From: an uncultured Undibacterium sp.
GTDB lineage: Bacteria > Pseudomonadota > Gammaproteobacteria > Burkholderiales > Burkholderiaceae_D
DNA: 64,000 nucleotides
Assembly: GCA_963512475.1 (NCBI GenBank)
Contig: CAUPNA010000004.1
Span: forward strand, 2,551-66,550
Direction of reading: 5' to 3'
The notes under the pieces are model-generated. The model was given only the letters and a program-made list of their open reading frames with translations. It searched no databases and had not been told where the DNA came from. Position 1 is the stretch's first letter; every line of letters starts with the position of its first letter. The translations under genes and the position numbers were made by a program. Shown piece by piece: positions 44,177 to 53,872 of this stretch.

Positions 44177-44306
44177 GGCACCTGCTCAAAAGTAAATAAA
44201 TCGTTCGATTTGATTGAAATGATCGAAGTACTTGATTATATGCCTAATTTTGTCGCTGCGGTACCCATGGCACGCACTATGAGCTCACTACTTCTTGTAG
44301 AAATGC

Positions 44307-45029
44307 TTATGCCGTCTTTTTAAACTTAAAAAAGCCATTTAACGCCAAACGTGCTGTATTCGGCTCGCTATTCAATAGCGCTGGCTGGGTGATATGTGCA
44401 GCGTGGAAGATTGTGCCTTCGTAGAAAATGGCGCGATTCCACTTGGCGGGCACGGTATGCATTAACTCGAAATAATCATTGCTGGCATGTAGATAAGCTG
44501 GCGCAGTTTTGAGTAAAGTTGTGCAGGCCTCGGGCGTGGCATTTTGTGCGGTGCTTAGCAATTCACGTGTGGCATCCGCGCTGAGTTTGGGGCGATAAAA
44601 GCTGGTACCACCAAGTTCTGCATTTTGAAATAAATACACGACTGCAGCAGCAATCCCGACACCTGGTGGGAAAGTGTCAGCGTCACGATGGCAAAGTCTT
44701 TGTAAGGCATTAAGTTCATGCGGTTGTAAAGTGGTCATGGAGATTCTGCAGGCGACACCGAGTTGCCTACGCGCGGCAAAGTAACGACGCATTTGCAGCA
44801 TAAAGTACTGTTCCAGACTGAGCGCAAATTCTCGCCCCATGTCCATTTCTAAGCCTGGAAAATAGTTGTCCGCGTCATAGCGAAAATGTGCTCGTTGACT
44901 ATTCACCAAATCGACCATAGCCTGCGGTTCGCGTAAAAAATCATCAATCACGATGCAGTGGTGCCCGTCAAACAGCGGCACGACTTTGATGCTTGCATTT
45001 GGATTGAAAATGTCGCGGTTATTGAACAT
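44307..45029 (-). CDS. DUF6445 family protein (2OG-Fe(II) oxygenase-like)
   Basis: CIVIDDFL..P, YFPG, CHRD (HxD), LGGTSFY, WNR.IFY.G.IFH, distal RLALNGF. Confidence 0.78.
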   Translation of the reverse strand: MFNNRDIFNPNASIKVVPLFDGHHCIVIDDFLREPQAMVDLVNSQRAHFRYDADNYFPGLEMDMGREFALSLEQYFMLQMRRYFAARRQLGVACRISMTTLQPHELNALQRLCHRDADTFPPGVGIAAAVVYLFQNAELGGTSFYRPKLSADATRELLSTAQNATPEACTTLLKTAPAYLHASNDYFELMHTVPAKWNRAIFYEGTIFHAAHITQPALLNSEPNTARLALNGFFKFKKTA

Positions 45030-45094
45030 GGTTCGTTATGTTTTGAAGGTAGTTGCTTGAGTCATTAAGTTTGATCAAGGCTGATTACGGTTGA

Positions 45095-45991
45095 TTAAGG
45101 TTGATAAATCCGCACATAATCAATCTCAAATTTACTCGGAAAAATGCTGTCATCCACCGCACCACCGAGGTCACCGCCTATGGCGAGATTGAGGATTAAG
45201 TATTGTGGTTGATCGAAAGGCCATTTTTTATAGTCACCGGTTTTCGCGTTTACAAATTGAAAGTAGTACTTATCGTCAACCGCGATCGCTAACTGATTTT
45301 GGTCCCAATACAATTGATAGTTATGGAAAACATCGCAAGCGTCGTTGACCGTGGTCGCCTTGGTATTGCCCGTGCCATTCGCCCAGTTGTAAAAATTGCT
45401 GTAGGCGCTACCCAGAATTTGCCCCTTGTTTTTGCCAACATGTTCCATGATGTCGATCTCACCATCATCTGGCCACGCACCTTTTGTGCCTAGCGTCCAG
45501 ATCGCTGGCCAGGTCCCAAGGCCACAGGGGAGTTTGGCGCGAATCTCAAAAAAACCATAAGTCCAGCTTGCTTTGCCACGCGTCAACAGGCGCGCTGAGG
45601 TGTAAGCCTGGCCGCCAAAATCGGGGGCGCTGCTGAGTTGTTCTTTGAGTGCGGTTATAGTGAGTTTGCCATCTGCTACGCGGGCATTTTCTAGACGGTC
45701 TTTTGAATAGTATTGACGTTCATTATTGAACCATCCCGCTTTGTTTCTTTCCGTATCGAACATCCACTTGTCCGCACTGGGTAATCCGGCTTGATCAAAT
45801 TCATCGGACCAAACCAATTTCCAACCCGCTGGTTTGCCCCCGATTGGAAGGGAAGGCGTGCTTACGGTGGGAGCCGTAACCACAGGGGTGCTGACTGCTG
45901 GCGTCGTCGGATTCGTGCCCGATCCACCACCACAGGCGCTAAGCATGCTTGCCAAAAGTATGGCTAAAGGATAGAAATAAGCTTTCATCAA
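45095..45991 (-). CDS. GH16 endo-beta-1,3-glucanase (laminarinase-like), lipoprotein
   Basis: WSDEFD, YTSARL, WPAIW, GEIDIMEH (ExDxxE), LNLAIGG; lipobox LSAC. Confidence 0.9.
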   Translation of the reverse strand: MMKAYFYPLAILLASMLSACGGGSGTNPTTPAVSTPVVTAPTVSTPSLPIGGKPAGWKLVWSDEFDQAGLPSADKWMFDTERNKAGWFNNERQYYSKDRLENARVADGKLTITALKEQLSSAPDFGGQAYTSARLLTRGKASWTYGFFEIRAKLPCGLGTWPAIWTLGTKGAWPDDGEIDIMEHVGKNKGQILGSAYSNFYNWANGTGNTKATTVNDACDVFHNYQLYWDQNQLAIAVDDKYYFQFVNAKTGDYKKWPFDQPQYLILNLAIGGDLGGAVDDSIFPSKFEIDYVRIYQP

Positions 45992-46055
45992 ACTTTGCTC
46001 CTGTAAAGTTTTTTAGCGCACAAAAACGTTTTAATCTGGCTTTGTGGTAGAAATG

Positions 46056-46110
46056 TGGAATCGTTTCCAATTTGTCGGGAAGTATGGCATTATTCATTTT
46101 TAAATGTCAA
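46056..46110 (-). promoter_or_regulatory. GH16/DUF6445 promoter with operator
   Basis: Minus strand TTGACA (46110-46105), 18 bp, TGcCATACT (46089-46081), operator TGGAATCGTTTCCA 46056-46069. Confidence 0.8.
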
Positions 46111-46138
46111 CAACAGTGTGGTTTTGAAGTGAGAGAAA

Positions 46139-46220
46139 GTAGGGTGCGCCGTGCGCACCGCCTATCAATAACTCCAACCGCGGTAACTTCATTCTTGTTG
46201 GTGCGCACTGCACACCGCAC
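46139..46220. repeat. GTAG-type REP doublet between the divergent promoters
   Basis: gtagggtgcgccgtgcgcacc ... ggtgcgcactgcacaccgcac. Confidence 0.75.
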
Positions 46221-46245
46221 CAATGACGCCATCAGCTGATGTGAA

Positions 46246-46299
46246 TTGACATCTAAAAATGAAGAATGCTATAGTCGTCGAAGAGTGGTAACGTTTCCA
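46246..46299 (+). promoter_or_regulatory. ABC operon promoter with operator
   Basis: TTGACA 46246-46251, 18 bp, TGcTATAGT, operator TGGTAACGTTTCCA 46286-46299. Confidence 0.82.
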
Positions 46300-46414
46300 C
46301 GTGGTGAAATGTGGCACTAAAGCGGTAGTCAGTAAAGCAGTACGAAATTAAAACAGGTTCGATTCAAAATTGATGAATAATGCAGACAAAGTATCTGCGT
46401 TATCAGGAGACTAG

Positions 46415-47671
46415 ATGTTCAAGCTTAACTATCCTTTACTGGCTATGTGTCTGGCCTCGTTTGCCAGTGCATCCACAGCGCAGGCGCAGGCAACCAAGCC
46501 AGTGCCTGTCGAAAAAGCCGAAATTATTCATTGGTGGACCTCTAGTAGCGAGTCGGCGGCAGCCAAGCTGATCGCTGATGCTTATCGTAAAGCCGGCGGT
46601 ATCTGGGTCGATTCGGCGGTTGCAGGTGCCGACCAGGCTAGAGCCGTGGCGATCAATCGTATCGTTGGCAGTAATCCACCCACTGCGGCGCAGTTCAACA
46701 CGACCAAGCAATTTCTTGATTTGGTCGAACAAGGCATGCTCAATAATGTCGATGACGTTGCCAAGAACGAGGGTTGGGAAAAATTTTTGCCTGAGCCCGT
46801 CTTGAATGTGATCCGGATCAAAGGCCATTACTACGCCGTGCCCGTGAATATCCATATGCAGACTTGGTTCTGGTACTCCAAAGCTGCATTTAAAAAAGCG
46901 GGTATCGCTAAAGAGCCAGCGACTGTGGATGAGATGTTTGCCGCACTCGATAAGTTGAAAGCAGCTGGCATCATTCCACTCGCGCATGGTGGCCAAGCCT
47001 GGCAAGAAACCATCGTGTTTCAAGCCATGCTAGCCAATCTCGGTGGTAAAGATCTCTATCTGAGCGTGATCCGCGATCGCGACCAAAAAGCCATCAACTC
47101 TGAAGCCTTTAAGAAAGTATTAACCGCCTTCAAGCGCATGCAGACCTATGTTGATGCAGGTGCGCCAGGTCGCAACTGGAATGACGCTACCGCATTATTG
47201 ATCAGCGGCAAAGCGGGTATGCAGATTATGGGCGATTGGGTAAAAGGGGAGTTCGCAGCAGCTAAGCAAGTCGCTGGCAAAGACTTTGGCTGTATCGCAG
47301 GATTAACCCCAAATTCGCCTTATCTGATTCAAGGTGATGCTTTCGTTTTTCCTCGCACCACTAATCCTTCTAGGGTGAACGCGCAAAAATTATTAGCGAA
47401 AGTCGTGCTGACCCCGAGCACACAGTTGGAATTCAATAAATTGAAAGGCTCGATTCCTATCCGCAGTGATGTTGATACGTCGACCATGGATATTTGCGCG
47501 CAAGCGGGGATGGCGATTATGAAAGACAAATCGCGCCAAGTAGGCATTAGCGAAATGTTTTTGACGCCAGATCAAAACGGTGCGTTGCAGGATATTTTGA
47601 CGGCATTTTGGAATACCCGCATGCCAGTAGAAAAAGCCCAAAAAAGCATTGCCAATGCTTTGAAAGACTAA
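46415..47671 (+). CDS. Sugar ABC transporter substrate-binding protein (GtsA-like)
   Basis: EIIHWWTS..E, PPTAAQ, YYAVPVNIH, MQIMGDWVKGEF, KGSIPIR. Confidence 0.9.
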   Translation: MFKLNYPLLAMCLASFASASTAQAQATKPVPVEKAEIIHWWTSSSESAAAKLIADAYRKAGGIWVDSAVAGADQARAVAINRIVGSNPPTAAQFNTTKQFLDLVEQGMLNNVDDVAKNEGWEKFLPEPVLNVIRIKGHYYAVPVNIHMQTWFWYSKAAFKKAGIAKEPATVDEMFAALDKLKAAGIIPLAHGGQAWQETIVFQAMLANLGGKDLYLSVIRDRDQKAINSEAFKKVLTAFKRMQTYVDAGAPGRNWNDATALLISGKAGMQIMGDWVKGEFAAAKQVAGKDFGCIAGLTPNSPYLIQGDAFVFPRTTNPSRVNAQKLLAKVVLTPSTQLEFNKLKGSIPIRSDVDTSTMDICAQAGMAIMKDKSRQVGISEMFLTPDQNGALQDILTAFWNTRMPVEKAQKSIANALKD

Positions 47672-47709
47672 GTAAGTCAATAAGTAAACAAATAAGTAAA
47701 TAAATACGA

Positions 47710-48612
47710 ATGCAAATCAAAGCCCTCAGCCGTAAAACCAAATCACTGATCCCATCCGCAGCCTTGCTGCCTATGGCTTTAGTGACTTTGGTCGCCTATC
47801 TGGGTGCGACACTGTGGTCGATTAAAGTCTCGTTTTCCAATTCCCGCACGATGCCGACCGACACCTTTGTCGGCATGGCGCAATACACCAAACTGTTTGA
47901 GAACGAACGGTGGCTATTATCGATAGAAAATATTGCGATCTACACGGTACTCTTTATTCTGGTCAGCATGGTCTTGGGATTTTTGCTGGCCGTATTTATC
48001 GATCAAAAAGTGACAGCAGAAGGCGTATTGCGCACGGTATTTTTGTATCCCTACGCGATGTCCTTCGTCGCGACTGGTTTGATTTGGCAATGGATGCTGA
48101 CACCTGGCATAGGCATAGAATACGCGGTGCGGCAGATGGGTTATCCGGATTTTGTGTTTGACTGGATTATTGATCAGGACAAAGTCATCTACACCATCGT
48201 GATCGCCACCGTTTGGCAAACCGCCGGCTTGGTGATGGCCTTATTGTTGGCAGCCTTGCGTGGCATAGACGAAGAAATTTGGAAAGCCGCGAGACTCGAT
48301 GGTATTCCGGTGTGGCGGGTGTATGTGTCTATTGTGATTCCTATGTTGGCACCAGCCATCGCGACCGTCTTCCTTCTATTGTCCACCACGGCAATCAAAC
48401 TATTTGATTCCGTCGTCGCCATGACCCAAGGTGGTCCCGGCACAGCCAGTGAAGTGCCGGCTAAATTCATTATGGATCACTTGTTTGGTCGCGCTAATAT
48501 TGCCCTTGCCTCGGCAGGTGCGGTCATGCTGTTAGTGCCAGTCATTGCGATACTCGCGCCCTATGTGTATGCGCGCAACCGTAATGTACGTAACCATAAG
48601 GCGGGCAAATGA
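47710..48612 (+). CDS. Sugar ABC transporter permease
   Basis: TM helices, FLYP.A.SF..TG..W, EAA-like KAARLDG. Confidence 0.9.
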   Translation: MQIKALSRKTKSLIPSAALLPMALVTLVAYLGATLWSIKVSFSNSRTMPTDTFVGMAQYTKLFENERWLLSIENIAIYTVLFILVSMVLGFLLAVFIDQKVTAEGVLRTVFLYPYAMSFVATGLIWQWMLTPGIGIEYAVRQMGYPDFVFDWIIDQDKVIYTIVIATVWQTAGLVMALLLAALRGIDEEIWKAARLDGIPVWRVYVSIVIPMLAPAIATVFLLLSTTAIKLFDSVVAMTQGGPGTASEVPAKFIMDHLFGRANIALASAGAVMLLVPVIAILAPYVYARNRNVRNHKAGK

Positions 48613-49541
48613 GCACTATTTTGCCATCCGCTGCTGATGCTACAAACGTTGCCAAATCAGCCCAAAGCCGGAAGCGACACGGCAGAAGCAAGCGATTTAG
48701 TCTCGCTCGCTTAGGCATATATGCTTTTTTGATCAGCGCCGCAATTTTCTTTTTGCTGCCGCTCTACATCATGCTCACGACCTCAGTGAAAAGCATGGAT
48801 GAAATTCGCATGGGTAACATCTTTGCCTTGCCACAGCAATTTAGCCTGAATGCCTGGACTATTGCTTGGACCAGCGCCTGCACTGGTATTGATTGCGAAG
48901 GCATACGTGGTGGCTTTATGAACTCGGTAGTGATCGCGATACCGAGTACCTTGATACCGATTTTTCTCGGTGCTTTGAATGGCTATGCCTTGTCGTTCTG
49001 GCGTCCACGTGGTGCGAATATTTTGTTTGGTATCTTGATGGTCGGTGCTTTCATCCCTGTGCAGGTGATGATCTTTCCCTTAGTGAGAATTTTAGCCAGC
49101 ATCGATTTGTATAGCTCTTTGCCAGGCATTGTCTTGGTTCATACGGTGTTTAGTATGCCGGTGATGACGCTACTCTTTCGTAATTATTACAGCACGATAC
49201 CGCATGAGCTGTTTCAAGCGGCGCGTATCGATGGTGGTGGTTTCATTCGAATTTTTATACAACTGATTTTGCCGATGTCGACCCCAATTATTGTGGTGGC
49301 GGCGATTATGCAATTGACCGGTGTTTGGAATGATTACATTCTAGGATTGGTGTTTGCTGGACGTGAGCATTTACCGATGACGGTGCAACTAAATAATGTG
49401 ATCAATACCACCACTGGTACGCGCATGTACAACGTGAATATGGCAGCGACCATTTTGACTTCGCTGGTGCCTTTGACATTGTATTTCGTCTCGGGGCGCT
49501 GGTTTGTGCGCGGTATCGCGGCAGGTGCGGTTAAGGGATAG
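48609..49541 (+). CDS. Sugar ABC transporter permease
   Basis: ELFQAARIDG EAA motif, WND, GIAAGAVKG end. Confidence 0.9.
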   Translation: MSTILPSAADATNVAKSAQSRKRHGRSKRFSLARLGIYAFLISAAIFFLLPLYIMLTTSVKSMDEIRMGNIFALPQQFSLNAWTIAWTSACTGIDCEGIRGGFMNSVVIAIPSTLIPIFLGALNGYALSFWRPRGANILFGILMVGAFIPVQVMIFPLVRILASIDLYSSLPGIVLVHTVFSMPVMTLLFRNYYSTIPHELFQAARIDGGGFIRIFIQLILPMSTPIIVVAAIMQLTGVWNDYILGLVFAGREHLPMTVQLNNVINTTTGTRMYNVNMAATILTSLVPLTLYFVSGRWFVRGIAAGAVKG

Positions 49542-49588
49542 AACAATTTTGATGCTGTTTCGAAAAAATATTAAGGCTTAGGAAAACT

Positions 49589-50653
49589 GTGGCGAATGTC
49601 TGTCTACAAAATTTAGGCATCAATCTGGGCGGGAATCAGATCATTTCTGACCTCAATTTAAACGTTGAGGCGGGAGAGTTTTTGGTTTTGCTGGGACCTT
49701 CAGGGTGCGGTAAATCCACTCTGTTGCATGCTATCGCGGGTTTGATTGATGTCAACTCAGGTAGTGTGGAAATTGCAGGTGAGGATATGACTTGGGCTGA
49801 TCCTAGCGAACGTCAAATTGGTATGGTGTTTCAATCCTACGCCTTGTATCCGACCATGACGGTAGAAAAAAACATGTCATTCGGCTTGCGTATCAACGGG
49901 ACACCCAAAGCAGAAATCGCACGACGTATAGAAAAAGTCGCTGAGATGTTGCACTTGACGCCCTTGCTGCAGCGAAAACCAGCCGCCTTGTCTGGTGGCC
50001 AAAGACAGCGGGTTGCCATCGGACGTGCTTTGGTGCGTGAGGCGGAAGTATTTTTATTTGATGAGCCCTTGTCGAATCTGGATGCCAAGCTACGTAGCAA
50101 TTTACGACGTGAACTTAAGCTTTTGCACCAACAACTGCAGTCCACCATGATTTATGTCACGCACGATCAAGTCGAGGCGATGACTTTAGCAACGCGCATC
50201 GTCGTGATGCAAGGTGGCAAAATCCAGCAAATCGGAACACCGGAATGTGTTTATGAACGCCCAGTGAACTTGTTTGTCGCGGGATTTTTGGGGGCGCCGG
50301 CGATGAATTTTATTAGCGGTGAACTCGATACTCAAGCTCACTTTGTCTCAAATACCTTGAGTATCGATTTGTCGACTTATGCTTTTGCAGCACCTTGGTC
50401 GGCGAGTGCGGAGGTCATGTTAGGTGTGCGCCCTGAGCAGATACAAATCCGTGATGATGGCCAGTTCGTCGGGGCGGTCATGTTGGTCGAGCCTATGGGT
50501 AATCATCAAGTCGTATGGCTACAGGCAGGCACGCAAACTATTTCCAGTATCGTCAACGATCAGCGTCCGTTCGAGATCGGTCAGACAGTTTTGTACACTA
50601 TCGACACGCGCAAAGTTTCTCTGTTTAATCCGCAAAGTGAGCAAAGACTATGA
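49589..50653 (+). CDS. Sugar ABC transporter ATP-binding protein (MalK/UgpC family)
   Basis: GPSGCGKST, LSGGQRQR, DEPLSNLDAK, YVTHDQ. Confidence 0.95.
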   Translation: MANVCLQNLGINLGGNQIISDLNLNVEAGEFLVLLGPSGCGKSTLLHAIAGLIDVNSGSVEIAGEDMTWADPSERQIGMVFQSYALYPTMTVEKNMSFGLRINGTPKAEIARRIEKVAEMLHLTPLLQRKPAALSGGQRQRVAIGRALVREAEVFLFDEPLSNLDAKLRSNLRRELKLLHQQLQSTMIYVTHDQVEAMTLATRIVVMQGGKIQQIGTPECVYERPVNLFVAGFLGAPAMNFISGELDTQAHFVSNTLSIDLSTYAFAAPWSASAEVMLGVRPEQIQIRDDGQFVGAVMLVEPMGNHQVVWLQAGTQTISSIVNDQRPFEIGQTVLYTIDTRKVSLFNPQSEQRL

Positions 50654-52209
50654 ACCATTCTACCAATGCAGGCCAAGCCGCCAGCACTGATGCGCAGATA
50701 CGTGACATCGTGATCGTCGGCGGTGGCACGGCAGGCTGGATGACGGCGGCTGCACTGTCACGCATGCTACCGCAGGGTAAGCGTATTCGTTTGGTGGAAT
50801 CAGATCAGATCTCCACCATCGGTGTAGGCGAAGCGACGATACCTAGCATCCGCGCCTTTAATCAATTGCTCAATCTGGATGAAGATGAATTCATGCGTCA
50901 GACCCAGGCCACCTTTAAGCTGGGTATCGAGTTCGTCAATTGGGGCAAGCAGGGCGATTCCTACATCCACGGTTTTGGTCAGATTGGACGCGATCAGGTC
51001 GTGGCGAAGTTTTATCAATATTGGTTGAAGATGTATCAGGCCGGTACAGTGCCGGATTTGGAAGCGTTTTCCATCAATACGGTAGCGCCGCGTCAGGGCA
51101 AATTTATGCGTCCGCCCAAGGACATGCCGAATTCACCGCTGTCCGATATTTCGTACGCTTTTCATTTTGATGCAGGTCTGTATGCGCGCTATTTACGGGG
51201 CATCAGCGAAGCACAGGGGGTGGTGCGAAGTGAAGGCCGTATCGTCGACGTGTTGACACGTGCTCACGATGGACATATCGAAACCTTGGTGATGGAAAAT
51301 GGTGAGCAGTTCACCGGTGATCTATTCATCGATTGCTCAGGTTTGGCCGCTTTGCTGATAGAAAAGACTTTGCAAACCGGCTATGAGGATTGGAGTCACT
51401 GGTTGCCAGCGAATAGTGCGATTGCTGTGCCATGTACATCGACCACACCTTTACATCCTTATACGCGCTCGACCGCACATAAGGCAGGCTGGCAATGGCG
51501 TATTCCTTTGCAACACCGTATCGGCAATGGACATGTGTTTAGTAGTCAATTTATGAGCGCCGACGAAGCCCAGTCTATCTTGTTGAACAATCTCGATGGC
51601 AGTGTGTTGGCGGAACCGCGCTTAATTAAATTCACGACTGGCAAGCGTAAGAAAGCCTGGAACAAGAATTGTGTTGCGATGGGACTGGCGGGTGGTTTTA
51701 TGGAGCCACTCGAATCAACCAGCATACACATGGTGCAAACTGCCATCATGCGTCTGCTGAGTTTGTTTCCAGATCGCGGTTTTAATCAGGTTGATATCGA
51801 TACTTATAACGCGCAGAACGATGAAGAATATCAGCGTATTCGTGATTTTCTCATCATGCACTATAAGCTGAATACGCATGAAAATGCGCCGTTCTGGGAA
51901 TATTGTCGCACGATGGAAGTACCCGCTGAAGTGCAGCATCGTATTGATTTGTATCGTAGTCACGGCAGAATCTTCCGCTTAGGCGAAGAGTTATTTGCCG
52001 ATGCCAGCTGGCTGCAAGTCATGCACGGACAAGGTTTGCGCGCAACGTCTTATCATCCATTAGTCGATCAGCGTAGTGCCGAGGACATACAGTATTTTTT
52101 AGATCAGGTACAAAAAACGATAGCCAAATGCGTGGAAGTGATGCCGACGCATGCGGAATTTATTGCAGCGACTTGTGCGGCTAATACAGTAGTGAGTGCG
52201 GCGGCTTGA
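50650..52209 (+). CDS. Tryptophan halogenase family FAD-dependent protein (copy 2)
   Basis: VGGGTAGW, TFKLGI, WQWRIPLQHR, FMEPLEST; ATGA overlap with ABC ATPase stop. Confidence 0.92.
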   Translation: MNHSTNAGQAASTDAQIRDIVIVGGGTAGWMTAAALSRMLPQGKRIRLVESDQISTIGVGEATIPSIRAFNQLLNLDEDEFMRQTQATFKLGIEFVNWGKQGDSYIHGFGQIGRDQVVAKFYQYWLKMYQAGTVPDLEAFSINTVAPRQGKFMRPPKDMPNSPLSDISYAFHFDAGLYARYLRGISEAQGVVRSEGRIVDVLTRAHDGHIETLVMENGEQFTGDLFIDCSGLAALLIEKTLQTGYEDWSHWLPANSAIAVPCTSTTPLHPYTRSTAHKAGWQWRIPLQHRIGNGHVFSSQFMSADEAQSILLNNLDGSVLAEPRLIKFTTGKRKKAWNKNCVAMGLAGGFMEPLESTSIHMVQTAIMRLLSLFPDRGFNQVDIDTYNAQNDEEYQRIRDFLIMHYKLNTHENAPFWEYCRTMEVPAEVQHRIDLYRSHGRIFRLGEELFADASWLQVMHGQGLRATSYHPLVDQRSAEDIQYFLDQVQKTIAKCVEVMPTHAEFIAATCAANTVVSAAA

Positions 52210-52239
52210 GTTTGCCATTGAGCAGAGAATTAGAAAGTT

Positions 52240-52351
52240 AAAACCCCTCAACGCCGAGACGCAGTGGAGCACAGAGAAAATCTTGAAGCCTCCTCTCTTT
52301 TCGTTTTTTCGGCGCCTCAGCGTCTCGGCGTTGAGGGGTTTTGTGCTTAAC
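52240..52351. repeat. MITE-like palindromic element, copy 1
   Basis: aaaacccctcaacgccgagacgc ... gcgtctcggcgttgaggggtttt terminal inverted repeat, ends gtgcttaac. Confidence 0.85.
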
Positions 52352-52414
52352 ATAAAGGCAGGTCTGGTAGCACGGGGGAGAAGCAGCGCTGCTCAGGTGC
52401 TTGATGGTTTGGCG

Positions 52415-52436
52415 GCGCGGGTTGCACCCGCCCTAC
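52415..52436. repeat. GTAG-type REP (single)
   Basis: gcgcgggttgcacccgccctac, same as halves of the 57340 and 60136 doublets. Confidence 0.8.
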
Positions 52437-52665
52437 AATTTTTTTGCCGGTAGTTTGGCTAGAGAGCATTAATTAAGTAAGTGGATAAGTGGCTACGTGG
52501 GAATTAAATCGGAGTATGCAACAAAATATGAAATAGCTTGCTAAGTTACAAAAATCGTCAGAAGCAAGCGAAGGCATTTACAATATGCTGATTTATTGAG
52601 CAATTTTGATTTAGCACCGTAGAACATAAAATAATTTGCTGAAGAAAGCATGAGAACAAAAAAAT

Positions 52666-53742
52666 ATGGCAACTATTAAAGATGTCGCCCGTTTGGCGGG
52701 AGTGGGATTGGGAACAGCTTCTCGAGTCGTGAGCGGCAAGGGGTCGGTGTCACCAGCGACTTTAGAGCGTGTGAGAAAAGCCATTGAAGAATTGGATTTT
52801 CGTCCTTCGCATGCGGCGCGTTCTCTGCTGTCCGGCTCTAGCCGTATGATAGGTGTCTACATACCTTTGCTTAAAGGTACGTTTTATATGCCTATTATGC
52901 AAGCGATCGACACCGAGTTGCGTGCCGAGGGTTTGCACATGGTGGTGGCGTTCGGTGTTGGTGCTGGCGACGTGCGGGAACAAGCGATTGATGGGATTAA
53001 TTTCCTAATTGAACGTGGTTGCGATGGTTTGATTGTGATGAGCAATGCGTTACAAGATGCCGATATCGACAACTTAGGTTCTAAAAAAACGAATTTAGTC
53101 GTATTGAACCACCGCTACGATTGCATCGCGGATCAGTGTTTTACTGCCGATCATAATTTGGGTGGACGTATGGCGGCGCAGGCATTGCTGAAGCAGAAGC
53201 ATAAAAAAATTGCGGTCATTGCCGGTCCCGCTAGCGCACCCGATAACGTGGATCGTATTGGTGGTTTTATGCACGAATTAGAACAGGCTGGAATCGACGT
53301 TAAAAAGATGTGGGTAGCCGAAAGTAACTTTGCACCGGATGGTGGTTGGGCGTCAGCGCAGGAATTGGTGGAGTCTGCCTACGATTTTACTGCAGTATTT
53401 TGCGCGAATGATGAGATGGCAATCGGCGCTCTATCTTACTTCCAGCATGCGGGCATCGCTGTGCCGGGTGAAGTTTCCGTGGTGGGTTACGATGATACCG
53501 AAACCGCTTCTTTTTCCGCACCGCGTTTATCCTCAGTGCACATCGCTTGGCGTGAGATGACTTTGAATGGTTTAAGTTTTTTACTGAATCGTTGTTACGA
53601 TTTGCAACGCCCAGTACAGCGTAAGTTTCCGGTTAGTATGACTTGGCGTAGTTCGGTGGAAAAAGCAGCGCGCACTTCTTTCCGTAAGCGATTGAATTTA
53701 GCAAGTGTTGAACAAGCTGGTGAAAAAATTAGCGAGGAATGA
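52666..53742 (+). CDS. LacI family transcriptional regulator
   Basis: MATIKDVARLAGVGLGTASRV HTH, AVFCANDEMAIG, SVVGYDD. Confidence 0.95.
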   Translation: MATIKDVARLAGVGLGTASRVVSGKGSVSPATLERVRKAIEELDFRPSHAARSLLSGSSRMIGVYIPLLKGTFYMPIMQAIDTELRAEGLHMVVAFGVGAGDVREQAIDGINFLIERGCDGLIVMSNALQDADIDNLGSKKTNLVVLNHRYDCIADQCFTADHNLGGRMAAQALLKQKHKKIAVIAGPASAPDNVDRIGGFMHELEQAGIDVKKMWVAESNFAPDGGWASAQELVESAYDFTAVFCANDEMAIGALSYFQHAGIAVPGEVSVVGYDDTETASFSAPRLSSVHIAWREMTLNGLSFLLNRCYDLQRPVQRKFPVSMTWRSSVEKAARTSFRKRLNLASVEQAGEKISEE

Positions 53743-53813
53743 GCTAAAAAATAGTGATCACTTTTTTTCATAAAAAAACATGCACATTTTGCGTGTTTTT
53801 TTTGGATGTCAAA

Positions 53814-53827
53814 TGGAAACGATTCCA
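53814..53827. promoter_or_regulatory. LacI-type operator upstream of GH5
   Basis: TGGAAACGATTCCA, identical to 25044-25057. Confidence 0.82.
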
Positions 53828-53872
53828 TTTAAGAATAGACGATGTTGGAAATAGGTAGAAGGGGATCTGTTA

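Noticed and set aside
47669-47707. Short taagta/aata iterations before the first permease
   Set aside because: Too short and degenerate to call a repeat or phase-variable tract
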